Shown piece after piece: positions 29,439 through 41,348 of a stretch of DNA of 64,000 nucleotides. The number at the start of each line of letters is the position of its first letter. Positions within the stretch are counted from its first letter, which is position 1. The notes under the pieces were generated by a model. It did no database searches and was not told the origin of the DNA. It saw only the letters and a program-made list of their open reading frames with translations. The DNA is from an uncultured bacterium (lineage in GTDB: Bacteria > Babelota > Babeliae > Babelales > RVW-14): the NCBI GenBank assembly GCA_963759805.1, contig CAVXAT010000008.1, positions 1 to 64,000 on the forward strand. Reading direction: 5' to 3'. The translations under genes and the position numbers were made by a program.

Positions 29439-30828
29439 TAGCACTTCGAATTCAAACCCATGGTCAGATTTGTGTAAGAAAAAGAACTTATATTTATGTA
29501 CAGCAACAATGGTTGTAGGATTGTGCATAAGATTTATTTTATTTTTTGGATACATGCATCAAGATGGACATTATAATTTTCTAATCGACTCCACACAGTA
29601 TAATGAAGTTGCCATTCAAATCTCTCAAGATAAAGGAATTTCAACAAAAAATGGGACTCCTAATTTCTTTAGATTACCTGCATATCCAATGTTTTTGGGA
29701 TATTTATATAAATTTACCAATAATCCTAAAAATATAATGCTCTTACAGATTATTTTATCAAGTCTTATATTGCCTTTGATATTTGTATTATCACGCGCAC
29801 TACTTCCCGGATATGAGATTGTCGCTCAGGTATCAACTATAGTAGCGGCCTTACATCCAGGTTTTATAATGTTTTCAGGCGTTCAGTCCACCGAAACAAT
29901 TTTTCTTATTTTCTTTTTATTATTTCTGATTTTTTTATTTCAAGGTATTAATAATAGTCGATTATTATATTTTGGTTTCTCTGGAATTTTATTAGGCATA
30001 GCTTCACTTTTCCGTGCAGTTGGACACCATTTCATCTTTCTTGTAATTTTGCTCACCCTGTTGCTGTTTAAACGAACGTGGTATAAACGTTTATCCGCGG
30101 CATGTATCTTATTTGGAAGTTGGCTTTGTATTTTTGGAATATGGCTTGTCAGAAATTATATGCTTACAGGACTCATTTTTGTTCATAGCCTGCCAGGACA
30201 ACATTTTTTACGTTACAATGCGGTACATATTCTCATGGAAGTAGAAAAAACCAATTGGATGGAACCAATGGATAAATTATTCGCATTACGTAATAATCTG
30301 GTTGTTCAAAAGGAGAAGGCCCTGGGAAGAAAATTAATGGAGCCGGAAATAGATGACCTCTCTTCCAAACTAGCATTACAAATAATACTTAAACATCCAT
30401 TCATAGCAGTAAAAAACGCTTGCAATCAAATTTTACACACATGTTTTTTGCCGTATTATACAATCCTTATTCAATTACCGAATGGAACTGTTTTTAATTC
30501 GCAAACTCCTGCAATTTATAAACTAAAAAAGTATTTAGAATATTTCGCCGTATATCCAATTATTATTCCATTCGTTCTATGGGATCTGTTGTTTTTATTT
30601 ATGCTTTGGTTGGGAGTAATAATCTTTGCATTTTTTTGTTATAATAAAAAGGTTTTTGGAAAACTATGGTTATCCATTTTACCAATGATTTTATTACTTA
30701 TTGGGCTTACACTCTCGTGTGGAGTTTCGCGATTAAGATTTCCTGCCGAGCCATTCCTGATAATTTTGTCAGTATGCGGATGGATATTTTTTTTAAAGCA
30801 AAAACAGTACATTTTTATCAAATTCTGA
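29428..30828 (+). CDS. GT-C fold (ArnT/PMT-like) polytopic glycosyltransferase
   Basis: DS..Y in the first loop, FRLPAYP, STET, LFR, RLRFP; many TM helices. Confidence 0.75.
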   Translation: MLNSSTSNSNPWSDLCKKKNLYLCTATMVVGLCIRFILFFGYMHQDGHYNFLIDSTQYNEVAIQISQDKGISTKNGTPNFFRLPAYPMFLGYLYKFTNNPKNIMLLQIILSSLILPLIFVLSRALLPGYEIVAQVSTIVAALHPGFIMFSGVQSTETIFLIFFLLFLIFLFQGINNSRLLYFGFSGILLGIASLFRAVGHHFIFLVILLTLLLFKRTWYKRLSAACILFGSWLCIFGIWLVRNYMLTGLIFVHSLPGQHFLRYNAVHILMEVEKTNWMEPMDKLFALRNNLVVQKEKALGRKLMEPEIDDLSSKLALQIILKHPFIAVKNACNQILHTCFLPYYTILIQLPNGTVFNSQTPAIYKLKKYLEYFAVYPIIIPFVLWDLLFLFMLWLGVIIFAFFCYNKKVFGKLWLSILPMILLLIGLTLSCGVSRLRFPAEPFLIILSVCGWIFFLKQKQYIFIKF

Positions 30829-31633
30829 TTTGATAATCTGTAAAAAGTTCCTCTCGAATCTCATCCTTTAACCACATCTTAGGTGCAATAACTATTTTTT
30901 TAGGATTACTGTTTAACCATGCAGCCCACCAGCTAAATGTGCTATTTGCCATAATATTATGCTTGCAACAACTCATCATATAAAAATCTACACATTCATC
31001 ATTTCCATTAACAAAAAAATGCGGCACATCAAGTTTTAGATTATCTTTAACCCAGTCAATATCATCTGAAAAAATAAATATAACGGGATCGATTGCCTGA
31101 CTCTTTATAATTTGCATAGCCCTTTGATAATAATCTAAATCACAAACATTATAATGTTGATTTACCGGGATAGAGACATAATCACCACGTCTAACATGCA
31201 AGCTTACTGAATTTGTGGATAATATATTTTGCATGAAGCAAGCGGATAAATCTCTGATACGTATCTCCTTTTTTATAACATCCGATATCTCCGCAAAGTA
31301 TTTTTCAGATTGCCAGTATCCATCGATAATGCAAATTTTGGAGTTAGCTAAGACCTGCAAATTCAACAATCCTTTATTCTCTTTAAAATAATATATCTCT
31401 CTAGATAATGCAGGCCAGTAAGAACGTAATTTTAATTCAAATTTTTCTTTAAAATTTAAAATCCCATCAAATACTGTACCAAATCTATTTAGGGCAAATG
31501 AACGCAAATTTTGTTGTCTGTAAAATGATAAATCAAACTTAAGTTTTTTCCCGGTTTTCATGGCCAGAGCGCGTCCAAACGCATATTGAAACAACTGATT
31601 TCCAAGCCCCCCTTTAATTTTTATTATAATCAT
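30818..31633 (-). CDS. Alpha-1,2-fucosyltransferase (GT11)
   Basis: GGLGNQLFQYA, GYWQSEKYF, HVRRGDY, FSDD, NSTFSWWAAWL. Confidence 0.93.
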   Translation of the reverse strand: MIIIKIKGGLGNQLFQYAFGRALAMKTGKKLKFDLSFYRQQNLRSFALNRFGTVFDGILNFKEKFELKLRSYWPALSREIYYFKENKGLLNLQVLANSKICIIDGYWQSEKYFAEISDVIKKEIRIRDLSACFMQNILSTNSVSLHVRRGDYVSIPVNQHYNVCDLDYYQRAMQIIKSQAIDPVIFIFSDDIDWVKDNLKLDVPHFFVNGNDECVDFYMMSCCKHNIMANSTFSWWAAWLNSNPKKIVIAPKMWLKDEIREELFTDYQIRI

Positions 31634-31634
31634 C

Positions 31635-32555
31635 TCATATTCCGGTAAAAGTCCTAATTTTTCTCACCAAAGCTCTCTGCTTCCAATAAAAATAATCTTT
31701 AATTTTTTTATAATTTGATTTTGTTTTCAGAACCTCAGGAGATTCTTTTAAAATTCCCGTATGTAGATTTAAAAATTGTTCGCCTGTTTTTGTGGGATCC
31801 GTGTGATATTTTAAAATTCCACCGCCACGATTATCTTGAATCTTATCGTAAAAAATTCCATCCCATTTTTTTAAGTAATTATTTAAATCCCTATTAAATA
31901 ATGCATAATTTGATTTACGAACATTTACATTTGCATGAGGGTAATGCTCTATGAGCGAATCATCTGATTTAATACATTTATAACCGGCATACCACAACTT
32001 CAGACACAAATCACCATCCCCATTGTAAAAGAAAAAATTATCTTCATCGATATACTCAACTTCTTTAAGTACAGAATTTAAATATAGTCCATGATTCACA
32101 TAAATTTTATCACCCAACGTCAAATTAACATGGTAAGGATCCTCCGTTGACCAATTACGCCAAAAAAAAGCCACTGCTCCAATTTTTTCACCCTGCTGTA
32201 AGTTTTTTTCAAACAGGCTGATCCCATTAACAATCGCACCGGGAACAATCAGGCAGTCGTCGCTCAGCATGCAGACAAATTTGCCCTGAGCACATTTGAA
32301 TGCAAGGTTCATAAAATACCCCCACGACCTACGTTCAATCCTTTTTCCCAGCCATTCTCCGCGATTATGCTGAACAATTGTTATTATATCTTTCTGTTCT
32401 ACAAGCCACTGCAAAGTTCCGTCTTGAGAACCACCATCAACAACTATTATTTCATGCGATAAATCTTTAACTTCTTGTCGTATACTATCAATCGTGAGAT
32501 TTAGAAAATCTAAGCGATTATATGAGCCAAGAACGATTGAAACAATTGGATTCAT
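31635..32555 (-). CDS. Glycosyltransferase family 2
   Basis: SYNR, VVDGGSQDGT, LSDD. Confidence 0.88.
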   Translation of the reverse strand: MNPIVSIVLGSYNRLDFLNLTIDSIRQEVKDLSHEIIVVDGGSQDGTLQWLVEQKDIITIVQHNRGEWLGKRIERRSWGYFMNLAFKCAQGKFVCMLSDDCLIVPGAIVNGISLFEKNLQQGEKIGAVAFFWRNWSTEDPYHVNLTLGDKIYVNHGLYLNSVLKEVEYIDEDNFFFYNGDGDLCLKLWYAGYKCIKSDDSLIEHYPHANVNVRKSNYALFNRDLNNYLKKWDGIFYDKIQDNRGGGILKYHTDPTKTGEQFLNLHTGILKESPEVLKTKSNYKKIKDYFYWKQRALVRKIRTFTGI

Positions 32556-32562
32556 AGAAACC

Positions 32563-34317
32563 TTAAGTTATACTATTTAAAACAATAAATTTATTATTTT
32601 TGTAATCCCACGTAAGAAATTTAGCATCATGATGGAAATACTTTTTATCGTTGAAAACAATTGATATATCATAAATTTTATTTTCCTGGAATGGAATAAT
32701 CACAAAATCGTCCTTATCATGAATATAAGCCTCAGAACGTTCATCTCCACTGTCCACGCAATTGAACCATAATTTTTTTTTATCAAGCGTGGTAAATCTG
32801 TAAGAATTTTTATCCACTCTAATTAGCAAGTCGTTTTTAATCCCTATATTTGAGCCACATATTCTAATTTTGTGATCCCAATAACAATTAACAGCAACCT
32901 TACTAATGCCGTATATTTCGAGAGAATGTGGAACACAACTATTGCAACTAACCTCCGTTGGCAAATTAAAAATAAAAAGTGGCGTATATTGCAACGTCTT
33001 GCCAGCCGACTTCTTTAATTCATCTAGGGAAAGAAATGAACTTTCTTTGGCATCGAAATAACGCCGTCGCCCCTGAATAAAAAAAACAAAGTTATACACT
33101 ACAAAAAAAGAAAGCACAAACACACCGCAAAATCTTGCAAAGCGATATTTTTTTAAAAACGTAAATTTAAAAAGAGAGATAAATGATAACATAAATAAAA
33201 TCGACGGCTCATAAAAAGATCGGTCATTGAAAGACCCATACCCACAAATAATTACAGGCCAAAAAAGCAATCCCGTACAAGCCGCCAAAATCAAAATTAA
33301 TTTTTTTTTGGTGCTGGTAAAAAAAAGTATTAACGGAATGGAAAGAGTGAAAATTTTTATAAGCCTGTAAAGCCATAAAAGGTTGTGAAGCTCAAAAAAA
33401 TGTACACTGTATAGTGGATGAAAACATCCTAAAAAATAAAGATATAAGCAGCGAATAGTATCCATGGTTAAATACCTAGTAAAAAACATATGTAGATAGC
33501 CCGTTGTCTCACCACTTGAAAAAACAATTGGATACGCAATTTGCCTTAAGAAGCAGTAACCCAAAACAGTTAATCCGAAACCTATCAATATTTTTAGCTG
33601 TGTAGTTATTTTTTTAAATCTATAATACTGCGATTGTTCATATAAATTCATGATTAAAATAGCTATCAGTGGAAAAACAACAAAAGTTTCTCTTGTACAT
33701 AAAGAAAAAAAGAAGAAAATGTATGAGGCCAACGGCAAAGCGTTTTTACTTTGAGCCATTCTTATTTTTTTAATTAGAAAAATAACTGCCAATATGGCAA
33801 AAAATGTTGCAAAAATATGTTGTTGATGATCCCACGTTCCGATCAAATAATGTGATGGGTGAAAAGCAAAAAACAATGAAAATAAAATAGCAAAAAAATT
33901 CCCCGTAAATGGAATAATAAAATAACAAAACATTGAGGTAATGACTGAGTGAAAAAATATTAAAAACATAAAATGCATGTATGCGTTTAAACCAAACAAG
34001 CTGTATTCCAAAAAATAGAATATCAGAGATAAAGGCCTGTAATAAACCGAAAAAAAGGTTTGTCTACAAAACTCAAAGGGATGATCCAACGACGCATAGC
34101 TATCAAGCGATCCATGAATAAAAAAATCTAAAAAATCTCTAACTGATCTTAATTTATAACATCTAAAAAGTTGTGGGAAATCCCCACCATTAAAATACCA
34201 TCTTGAATTCATTAATATAAAAATTAAAAAAACAAGCCCAAATATGACTAATGAGACAATCTTTCTTGAATGTTTTTTTGCGAATTCTTTATACAAGACC
34301 GGCATTCTACCTTCCAC
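32563..34317 (-). CDS. GT-C-like polytopic membrane protein (paralog family)
   Basis: FFSVYYRPL, EYSLFGLNAY, FHP, RET, YEP, C-terminal WD..KF shared with paralogs. Confidence 0.7.
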   Translation of the reverse strand: MEGRMPVLYKEFAKKHSRKIVSLVIFGLVFLIFILMNSRWYFNGGDFPQLFRCYKLRSVRDFLDFFIHGSLDSYASLDHPFEFCRQTFFSVYYRPLSLIFYFLEYSLFGLNAYMHFMFLIFFHSVITSMFCYFIIPFTGNFFAILFSLFFAFHPSHYLIGTWDHQQHIFATFFAILAVIFLIKKIRMAQSKNALPLASYIFFFFSLCTRETFVVFPLIAILIMNLYEQSQYYRFKKITTQLKILIGFGLTVLGYCFLRQIAYPIVFSSGETTGYLHMFFTRYLTMDTIRCLYLYFLGCFHPLYSVHFFELHNLLWLYRLIKIFTLSIPLILFFTSTKKKLILILAACTGLLFWPVIICGYGSFNDRSFYEPSILFMLSFISLFKFTFLKKYRFARFCGVFVLSFFVVYNFVFFIQGRRRYFDAKESSFLSLDELKKSAGKTLQYTPLFIFNLPTEVSCNSCVPHSLEIYGISKVAVNCYWDHKIRICGSNIGIKNDLLIRVDKNSYRFTTLDKKKLWFNCVDSGDERSEAYIHDKDDFVIIPFQENKIYDISIVFNDKKYFHHDAKFLTWDYKNNKFIVLNSIT

Positions 34318-34435
34318 AATAACCCTTCTCGTGCTTTTTTTAAAAAAAATATTCGATTTACATTTAAATCAAAGCTATATAAATTTCAAATTTAAGCGTA
34401 CTAAATTAAAATCAAAATTTAAACAGGAGATAGTA

Positions 34436-36181
34436 ATGGTACGGTCGTATCTGAAAAATTATAAATTCGTTCTTTCTATCGCCATTTTTTTAATAATATT
34501 CTGTATTTTAGGGCTCCCTTGGACAAACTGGTGGTTCAATGGAGGCGATGACTTCAGCGCAATATTTTCTGCGTATAAAATTAAAAATTGGAGAGAACTT
34601 TGGGATGCAATAATTCGAGGAAATACTGGATTTATGGCAAATCCAACAAATTTTGTAGCCCAAACCTGCCAACCAAGTTTTTTTTCCGTTTATTTCCGCC
34701 CACTTCATGTACTACTCTTCACAACTGAGTATCTGGTTATTTGGAACAAATGCATACTTGTACTTATTAACAAACGTGCTTTTTCACGCAATCAATACAG
34801 TTCTTTTGTTCAACATATTTTTATGGTTTACAGATTATATCCCGGCATTGATTACAGCCCTGATTTTCGCATTCCATCCTCAAATTGCATTCAGATTCGG
34901 AGCCATTGTAAACATCCAGTACTACATAAATTTAACACTTATCCTTTTTGCAATCACGCTTTTTAAAAAATTTCTGGACACCCAAAAATGGCGTTATAAC
35001 ATTTTTTCAGCTCTATTTCTTACAACGTCTATATTTATAAGAGAAACAATGCTTGTTCTGCCCGCAATAATCTTCATGAGTACTTATCTTTACAAAAATA
35101 AGCAATACTCTATTAAATCGTTTTTCACGCAGTTTATAGAATTATTTAAAATAGCGCTCCCGTCAATTATTGCGGCGTGCACATACCTGTTGGTTACGGG
35201 CATATAACTATCCATTAAAACTTTCACAATCACTAACACAATTAGCACTTTCAAACCCACCACTTTTAAATACATCACTTTTAAGCACACTTAAGAATCG
35301 CCTTCCGGAACTTAAAGTTATAATCTATGACCTATTCTGCCTATCATGGCTACCATGGGGATGCAAAACAGTTCGAGCAATTGTTTTAATTCTCATTTTT
35401 TCATCACTTCTGTTTCTTTTTATTAAAACAAAAAATAAACTCACTGCTCTATCTTGTTTTATATTTACAGGCATTTTACTATGGCCCAGCTTCGTTATTT
35501 GTAACAGCCCAAGATATTTATACGAAGCCTATCCATTTTTTTTGGCAGGAATATTACTGCTGTTCACCGGATGCACATTTAAATATAAACGAATTAAACC
35601 CATAATAACTATTATGGCAAGTGTGTTCTTAATTTTCTTAATACTGTTTTCTATAGAAAATTTTGCAGCAAGAACAAAAAAAATGACTCTATTTTCTTCT
35701 GCGCTTAAGCAACTTGCTGTCAATCCCAAAATTCAGAATCGCCCTTTATGCTTTTTGGCATACCCATCTGATGGACTTGGAGACAACTTTGCTTCAATTT
35801 TATGGTTAATGCTTAAAAATCCAAATATCCCAATTTATTTTGATTCTAAAACGATGATTACACAACATGATTCAAATCTATTTAAAAATAAAAAATGGCG
35901 ACTATTCTGCATCTGAGTACTTTGATAAAAATTATTTAAAAATAATAATTTTGAAAAATGGGTTTAGATTAACATCTCTTGATCCGCAAAAGGTTGCCTT
36001 CTATACACAAAAACCGTCTTTCTCAATTGGACAAACAATCACACATAAAACAGAACTAGTAACTGGAGAAATCTTAATCACAGATTTAACATTAATAATT
36101 GATGCAAAAATATTACAACAAAATCCATTGTTTATCTGGTGGGATTATGAAAAACAAAATTTTGTAATTTATGATAAATAG
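34436..36181 (+). pseudogene. GT-C-like paralog broken into four ORF fragments by single-base indels
   Basis: Motifs FFSVYFRPL, LFGTNAY, RET, YEA and WWD lie in successive frames; breaks near 34730, 35190 and 35890. May be assembly errors. Confidence 0.65.
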
Positions 36182-36214
36182 AGATCAAAAAGAAAATCAT
36201 CTTACAATTGCAAC

Positions 36215-37327
36215 TTAAACACTTTTATAAACATCGCCGGTCTGTCGTGCAGCCACCTCCCATGAAAAATTTTTTGCTTGAGCAATGCCTTTGGATATCA
36301 AATCCGAACGTAAGTTTTTATTTTCAATAACTTGGCAAACTGCTTGAGATATTGAATTACTACTCCGCCCATCAAAATATAACGCCGCATCCTGACCTAC
36401 CTCTCTTAAAGCCGCACAATTACTTGCAACAACTGGACACCTACAAGCAAATGCCTCAAGCATGGGCAATCCAAAGCCTTCATATAAAGATGGAAAAACA
36501 AAAGCAAGCGCTTTTTTGTATAAATAAACTAACTGAGAATCACTAACAAAGTAACGTAAAATTTGGTTTTTTATCCCATTGCTAGCAAGAAACAACGCTT
36601 CTTCGCTTGTAAAGTCAGGCCCGCCAACACAAATAACATTCAAATTTTTATCTTTTTGAAGCATTGGAGATATCGATTCTATAAAAAAAATAAAGTTTTT
36701 ATAACGCCCTCTAGCTCCTATAAAAAGCAAGAATTTTTCAGGAACAGCAATCGGCTCACACAAATTTATATCTAATGAATTGGCATGATATATTACTTTT
36801 ATTTTACTTTCGTTAATTCCGTAAAATTTAATAATATCGTTTTTAGTATTTTGGGAAATTGTTATGATTTTTGCTGCATTTTGAACCAATACTCGCTTTC
36901 TTGAAAGAGAAATATCATTTGAGTCAAAAAACTCACCGGCATAAATTTCATGTATCATATCATGAATAGTTATAACAAATGGCTTATTATCCAAAAGCTC
37001 CAAAAAATACGGATCGTAATCAGTTGGATGAAAAACATCGAACCTCCCATGTGATAAACAAAGCCTGCTTGAAACTCTGTTTAATTTTTGTAAAATTTTT
37101 AAAACTCGATAACTGCCCTTAAATTCTTTGCCCTCTAAAAATGCATAAGTTCTAACTTTTTTTAGCTCTTTTAGATAAATATTTTCCGAATAGATCAGGG
37201 GCATTTTGTAATCAATTAAGGCTTTGTTTTCAAAAGCTTTAAACAACTGACTGAAATATCTGGAAATTCCACCAGCTTTCTGTCCAAAAATCTGATCATC
37301 AAAAAGAACTTTTATCATGTTTTTCAA
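36215..37327 (-). CDS. Glycosyltransferase family 4 (GT-B)
   Basis: GGISRYF, TIHDMI, FPSLYEGFGLPMLEA. Confidence 0.92.
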   Translation of the reverse strand: MKNMIKVLFDDQIFGQKAGGISRYFSQLFKAFENKALIDYKMPLIYSENIYLKELKKVRTYAFLEGKEFKGSYRVLKILQKLNRVSSRLCLSHGRFDVFHPTDYDPYFLELLDNKPFVITIHDMIHEIYAGEFFDSNDISLSRKRVLVQNAAKIITISQNTKNDIIKFYGINESKIKVIYHANSLDINLCEPIAVPEKFLLFIGARGRYKNFIFFIESISPMLQKDKNLNVICVGGPDFTSEEALFLASNGIKNQILRYFVSDSQLVYLYKKALAFVFPSLYEGFGLPMLEAFACRCPVVASNCAALREVGQDAALYFDGRSSNSISQAVCQVIENKNLRSDLISKGIAQAKNFSWEVAARQTGDVYKSV

Positions 37328-37338
37328 CGCTATTAATC

Positions 37339-38304
37339 TTATGTTTTCGTTAAGTTTAATAATTTTTTTAAATATTTTTTTAAAAAAATTAAGAATCTAT
37401 ATCGAAAAGGCTTTATAATCCGCATATTTTTGTGAGTTATTATTTCAAATCTTTGGTTTACTTCTATATTTCCCAAAAAAGAAATTTTACTAACATCCAG
37501 CCTTCTTAATGGAATATCCAAAAAAATACTTTTCCCACTACCGTGCGCACCAATCACACCTATATTTGATACCAAGTTTAGCCTTGGATTAAGACTCAAG
37601 CCATCATTAAAAATACAGCAGTATGCCCACTGATAATCCCATGTATCTATCTTTTTATTAATAATCTTGTCAAAATTCTCACACCAATACCCTGCAACAG
37701 ATCGATTTTTAAATATCTTATGCAATTTATTTATTCTTGCATCTCTTTGCGTTTCCCAATCGAGCAGTTCAAAATCATATAAGCTCCAAGCCCTCTTCCA
37801 TGTAGCCCATCCCCAGATTAAGAATGTTCTTGAAAAAAAATAGTCACCGGACGAAAAAAATAAGTTTGAAACTCCAGTTTTATTAAAAAGAAAATTTGTG
37901 CCACTAATCATCATAACTTGTTTATCAAGGCGATACTTATCCAGCATTACAGAACAAAATTCAAAGAACGATTCGTCAGGCAGGCAGTCATCTTCAAGAA
38001 TTATACCCTCTTCAACATGTTCAAAAAACCAGTTAATTGCAGAACTTACAGCCTTTCCACACCCCATATTTTCGTTTCTGAAGAGAGTAGAAATTTGGCA
38101 ATCCCAATCTATCTCATTAATTACTTTACGGGCTTGCGAACAATTGATCGCGTCACTCGACATTGCCAGGCCTAGGCCCATCCGCGGCTATAAAAAGTTT
38201 TTTGGTTTTACCTTTTTTATTTGATTAAAGACAAGCTTCGTGGTGCTGGGCCTATTAAAAATAATAAACAAAATAGGAGTTTTAAAGTCTGGAATACTCA
38301 TCAT
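37339..38304 (-). pseudogene. Nucleotide-diphospho-sugar transferase (GT-A), frameshifted near 38160-38205
   Basis: TPILFIIFNRP in one frame; NMGC..AVSSAI, IILEDDCLP, WGWATW and WDYQW in another. Confidence 0.7.
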
Positions 38305-39916
38305 TAATGCCTTATATAAATTTGGTACAACTTTAATATCAAACTCATCATTAAATTTATTCCAAATAAGCAATGTTATAAATTTTGCTTTATATTCCGA
38401 CAACCATTTACAGAAAAGCTTAAACTTCGCATCGTCCAGACATGAGCATCGGATCCATAAGATATTTTAGGTTGCTATTATGCATAAAATTAAGTTGAAC
38501 CGCTTCAATAATTCCAACATTATAGTTCGCATTATCAAATTCTCTTGTATTTAGAACAATTATAGGATTATCACTTAATTCTGCATGATGGAATTTTTTT
38601 AATTTCTCTAAAGCATTAGAAAAATTACTCCAATTCTTTGATCCAATTTGCTGCGAATGCATTATTGTAAGACAATTGATTAATATGAGTGGTAAAAAAA
38701 TCGTCCCAATAATATATTTATATATTTTTATTTCAGCATATTTATTGCATTGCAAAAGTATACCGACAATACAGACATACAAATGGCAAGAATTCATAAT
38801 AATGTCGTAATCCAAAACATGGCCCAATCCATTTGGTCCAAGATAATAAAATAATACTTATGATACCAAAAAAAATGTATCCCTTTTGCTTATTTATTAA
38901 AAATAAATATCCCAATATTAGTAAAAATAAGTTTTTTATCAACTTGTATAAAAAAATGATACTGTTATTTTTGCAAAAAAAATAAACTTTATAATTAATA
39001 AATACAGAAATTAGCATGCAGTACAATTCTTGAACAAACCCAAACGCTGCAGTTTTTAATGCACCAATCGATCGCAAGATGGGAAATGAGAAACGACCAG
39101 CACAATGCATTGAAAAATTAATCATAGGAAATGGATAATAAATTTGTTTCATAAGAAAGTAGATTAATGTTACACCACTCAAAACACCAACAATCAAAAA
39201 AATTTTATTAAGAGAAATCCTGCTACTGTAAGATTTTCAATGGGATTAATAACAAAATTATTAATGGGGTAATAATAAACGTTTCTCGAATTGATAAACA
39301 AAATAGATACATCATGCCAAATGCAATAAACAAAAATCTTGAATTCCTGCTTGTTAAAAGTAAACGCATTAAAAAAAACCCTAAAAGTAAAAAAAATAAC
39401 AAATCAATTTGATGCTGTTGAGTATCAATTTTACCGAACCAATCGATTAAAGTTGCATTAAAAGTAAAAAAAATGGCACATAAAAATGATATCCATGTTT
39501 TAAAAAAATTTTTAAAAATATAAAACAATAGGAGTGAATTAATTATATGAAGTAAAACAATAAACAGATTGTATAAATAGGCATTTAGTCCAAAAAGATG
39601 ATATTCTATAAAATTTGTCAGCAACAATCCTGGGCCGATAACATGAATCAAAAAAACAATATCTTTCTGCATTCTTCACGCTAGGATTAAGCGGATTTTG
39701 AGTCCCTGCAAGATTCATCACATTGGCTTGTACAAAAATAATTTTTCCAAAATCCTTCGGATTCTCAATTTCACTTGCACGATAAAGAATCGAATAATCT
39801 TCTGCTATAAAATTCCACTCTCTGCACGAAACTATAAAAACTAAGATGCATAAAATGGTTATAGCAATATAAGGCAAAAAAGGAACCCATCTTCGATTTA
39901 ACAAAAAACTTAACAT
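38305..39916 (-). pseudogene. GT-C-like paralog fragmented into about five ORFs
   Basis: CYRP, EYHLFGLNAY, IRET, YYE and LIWNKF pieces in different frames. Confidence 0.6.
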
Positions 39917-39932
39917 CTATTCTCCAGTAAAT

Positions 39933-41024
39933 TCAAGCAAAGAATGATTTTAAAATACTATCAACTAAAAATACCCCTTTTCCACCAACACAATCTTTCA
40001 TTACTCCACTAAAGTCGGATCTATTAAAAAAGTAGTTATATACATTTAATCGAGAGTGATGATTCAGAAATCTTCTCATTTTTTTATTTACGTAATCCTC
40101 ATACCCACCAGTGGCAATCTTCCCAGTGGCAACAGCCATAAAAATCTCTTTCTAAAGATAAATTTGGCAAGATAAAAATTAAATCCGGATTGCATGTGCC
40201 AAAATAAAACCTTTTTTTTATAAAAGCAATCTTTACCATCTTCTCTTTTACATAAAAAATAATCTATGCCATTTTCTCGAACACACTTCAAATACGGAAA
40301 ATTATCATCATACATGTGAATATAATGCGGATTCTGAAAAACCATATAATCATAAAGTGCCAACGAGATCTTTTCAACGGAGCTCTGAATTATTCGACCA
40401 GTATGCATAAGATGGGATATAAAATCCTGATCACTTGTGATAATTGGCCTAAATCTTGATCCGGCCCAACGAGTCCTAAAAGAAATTTCCCATCCAGCTC
40501 GTTCCTGCCAGGCCTTGGAAGAGTAGCCTTCGATATCTTCGACAAACTTATCCAACTCACGTTTATAAGATTCAAACCAAGATAAATCGCTTATAACAGT
40601 AAAAGCAGGACATCCCTGTAGAACAAATGTAAATCCCTGCAATAATTTTTGAATTACTGCCACATCTTCGTTTAAAACTATATCACCATCATAGTGAATT
40701 ATCTGTTCGCCCTTGAAAAAATCATCTATAACTAACCAACGCAGGAAACACTTTTTTTCATAATCCCCAAATCGACTCAATTGCTGGTATTTCTCATCAA
40801 ATTTTTGATACGATAGCAGAACAATCGTGTAAATGGTATCCCAAGGCCACTAAGCTATTCTTATACTTTCGACTTAAACGCTCAAACCCCTGTAAAAACA
40901 ACAATCTGAAATCATTTGAAAAACCAAGCTTTTTATTACGTTTCCCTACAAAATTTAGTGGCACAAAATTTTCAAAGTCAATTTCATTTGAATTGCACCA
41001 GGCAACGATAATATTTTTCATCAC
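39933..41024 (-). pseudogene. Hypothetical glycosyltransferase-like protein in three fragments
   Basis: Adjacent ORFs 40797..41024, 40088..40780 (CFLRW, HYDGD DxD-like motif, SDQ) and 39933..40139. Confidence 0.5.
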
Positions 41025-41348
41025 AATCCAGTTAAATTATTAACTCTCTATTTAATTTAAATAGAGATAAAAAGCTTGTACAAAAAATAAAGTTTTCAGT
41101 AAATAAATTTTCTGTATCATAACAAGTTTAAATATATTTAGCTACATTGCCATGTGGGTACAAACAAAAGTGTTACCCATAGGCACAGGCCGTACCAGAT
41201 GATTTAAACCCAGTCCAATATTTATCCCAAAGATCAACCAGCTTTAATTTGACAATTTATCAACACTATTATTTACTAAACAAAGATTATCTGAATAAAA
41301 CTCAGCGCTTAATTGCAACAATCGAAAATTAATAAAGGAAGAAAAGGC

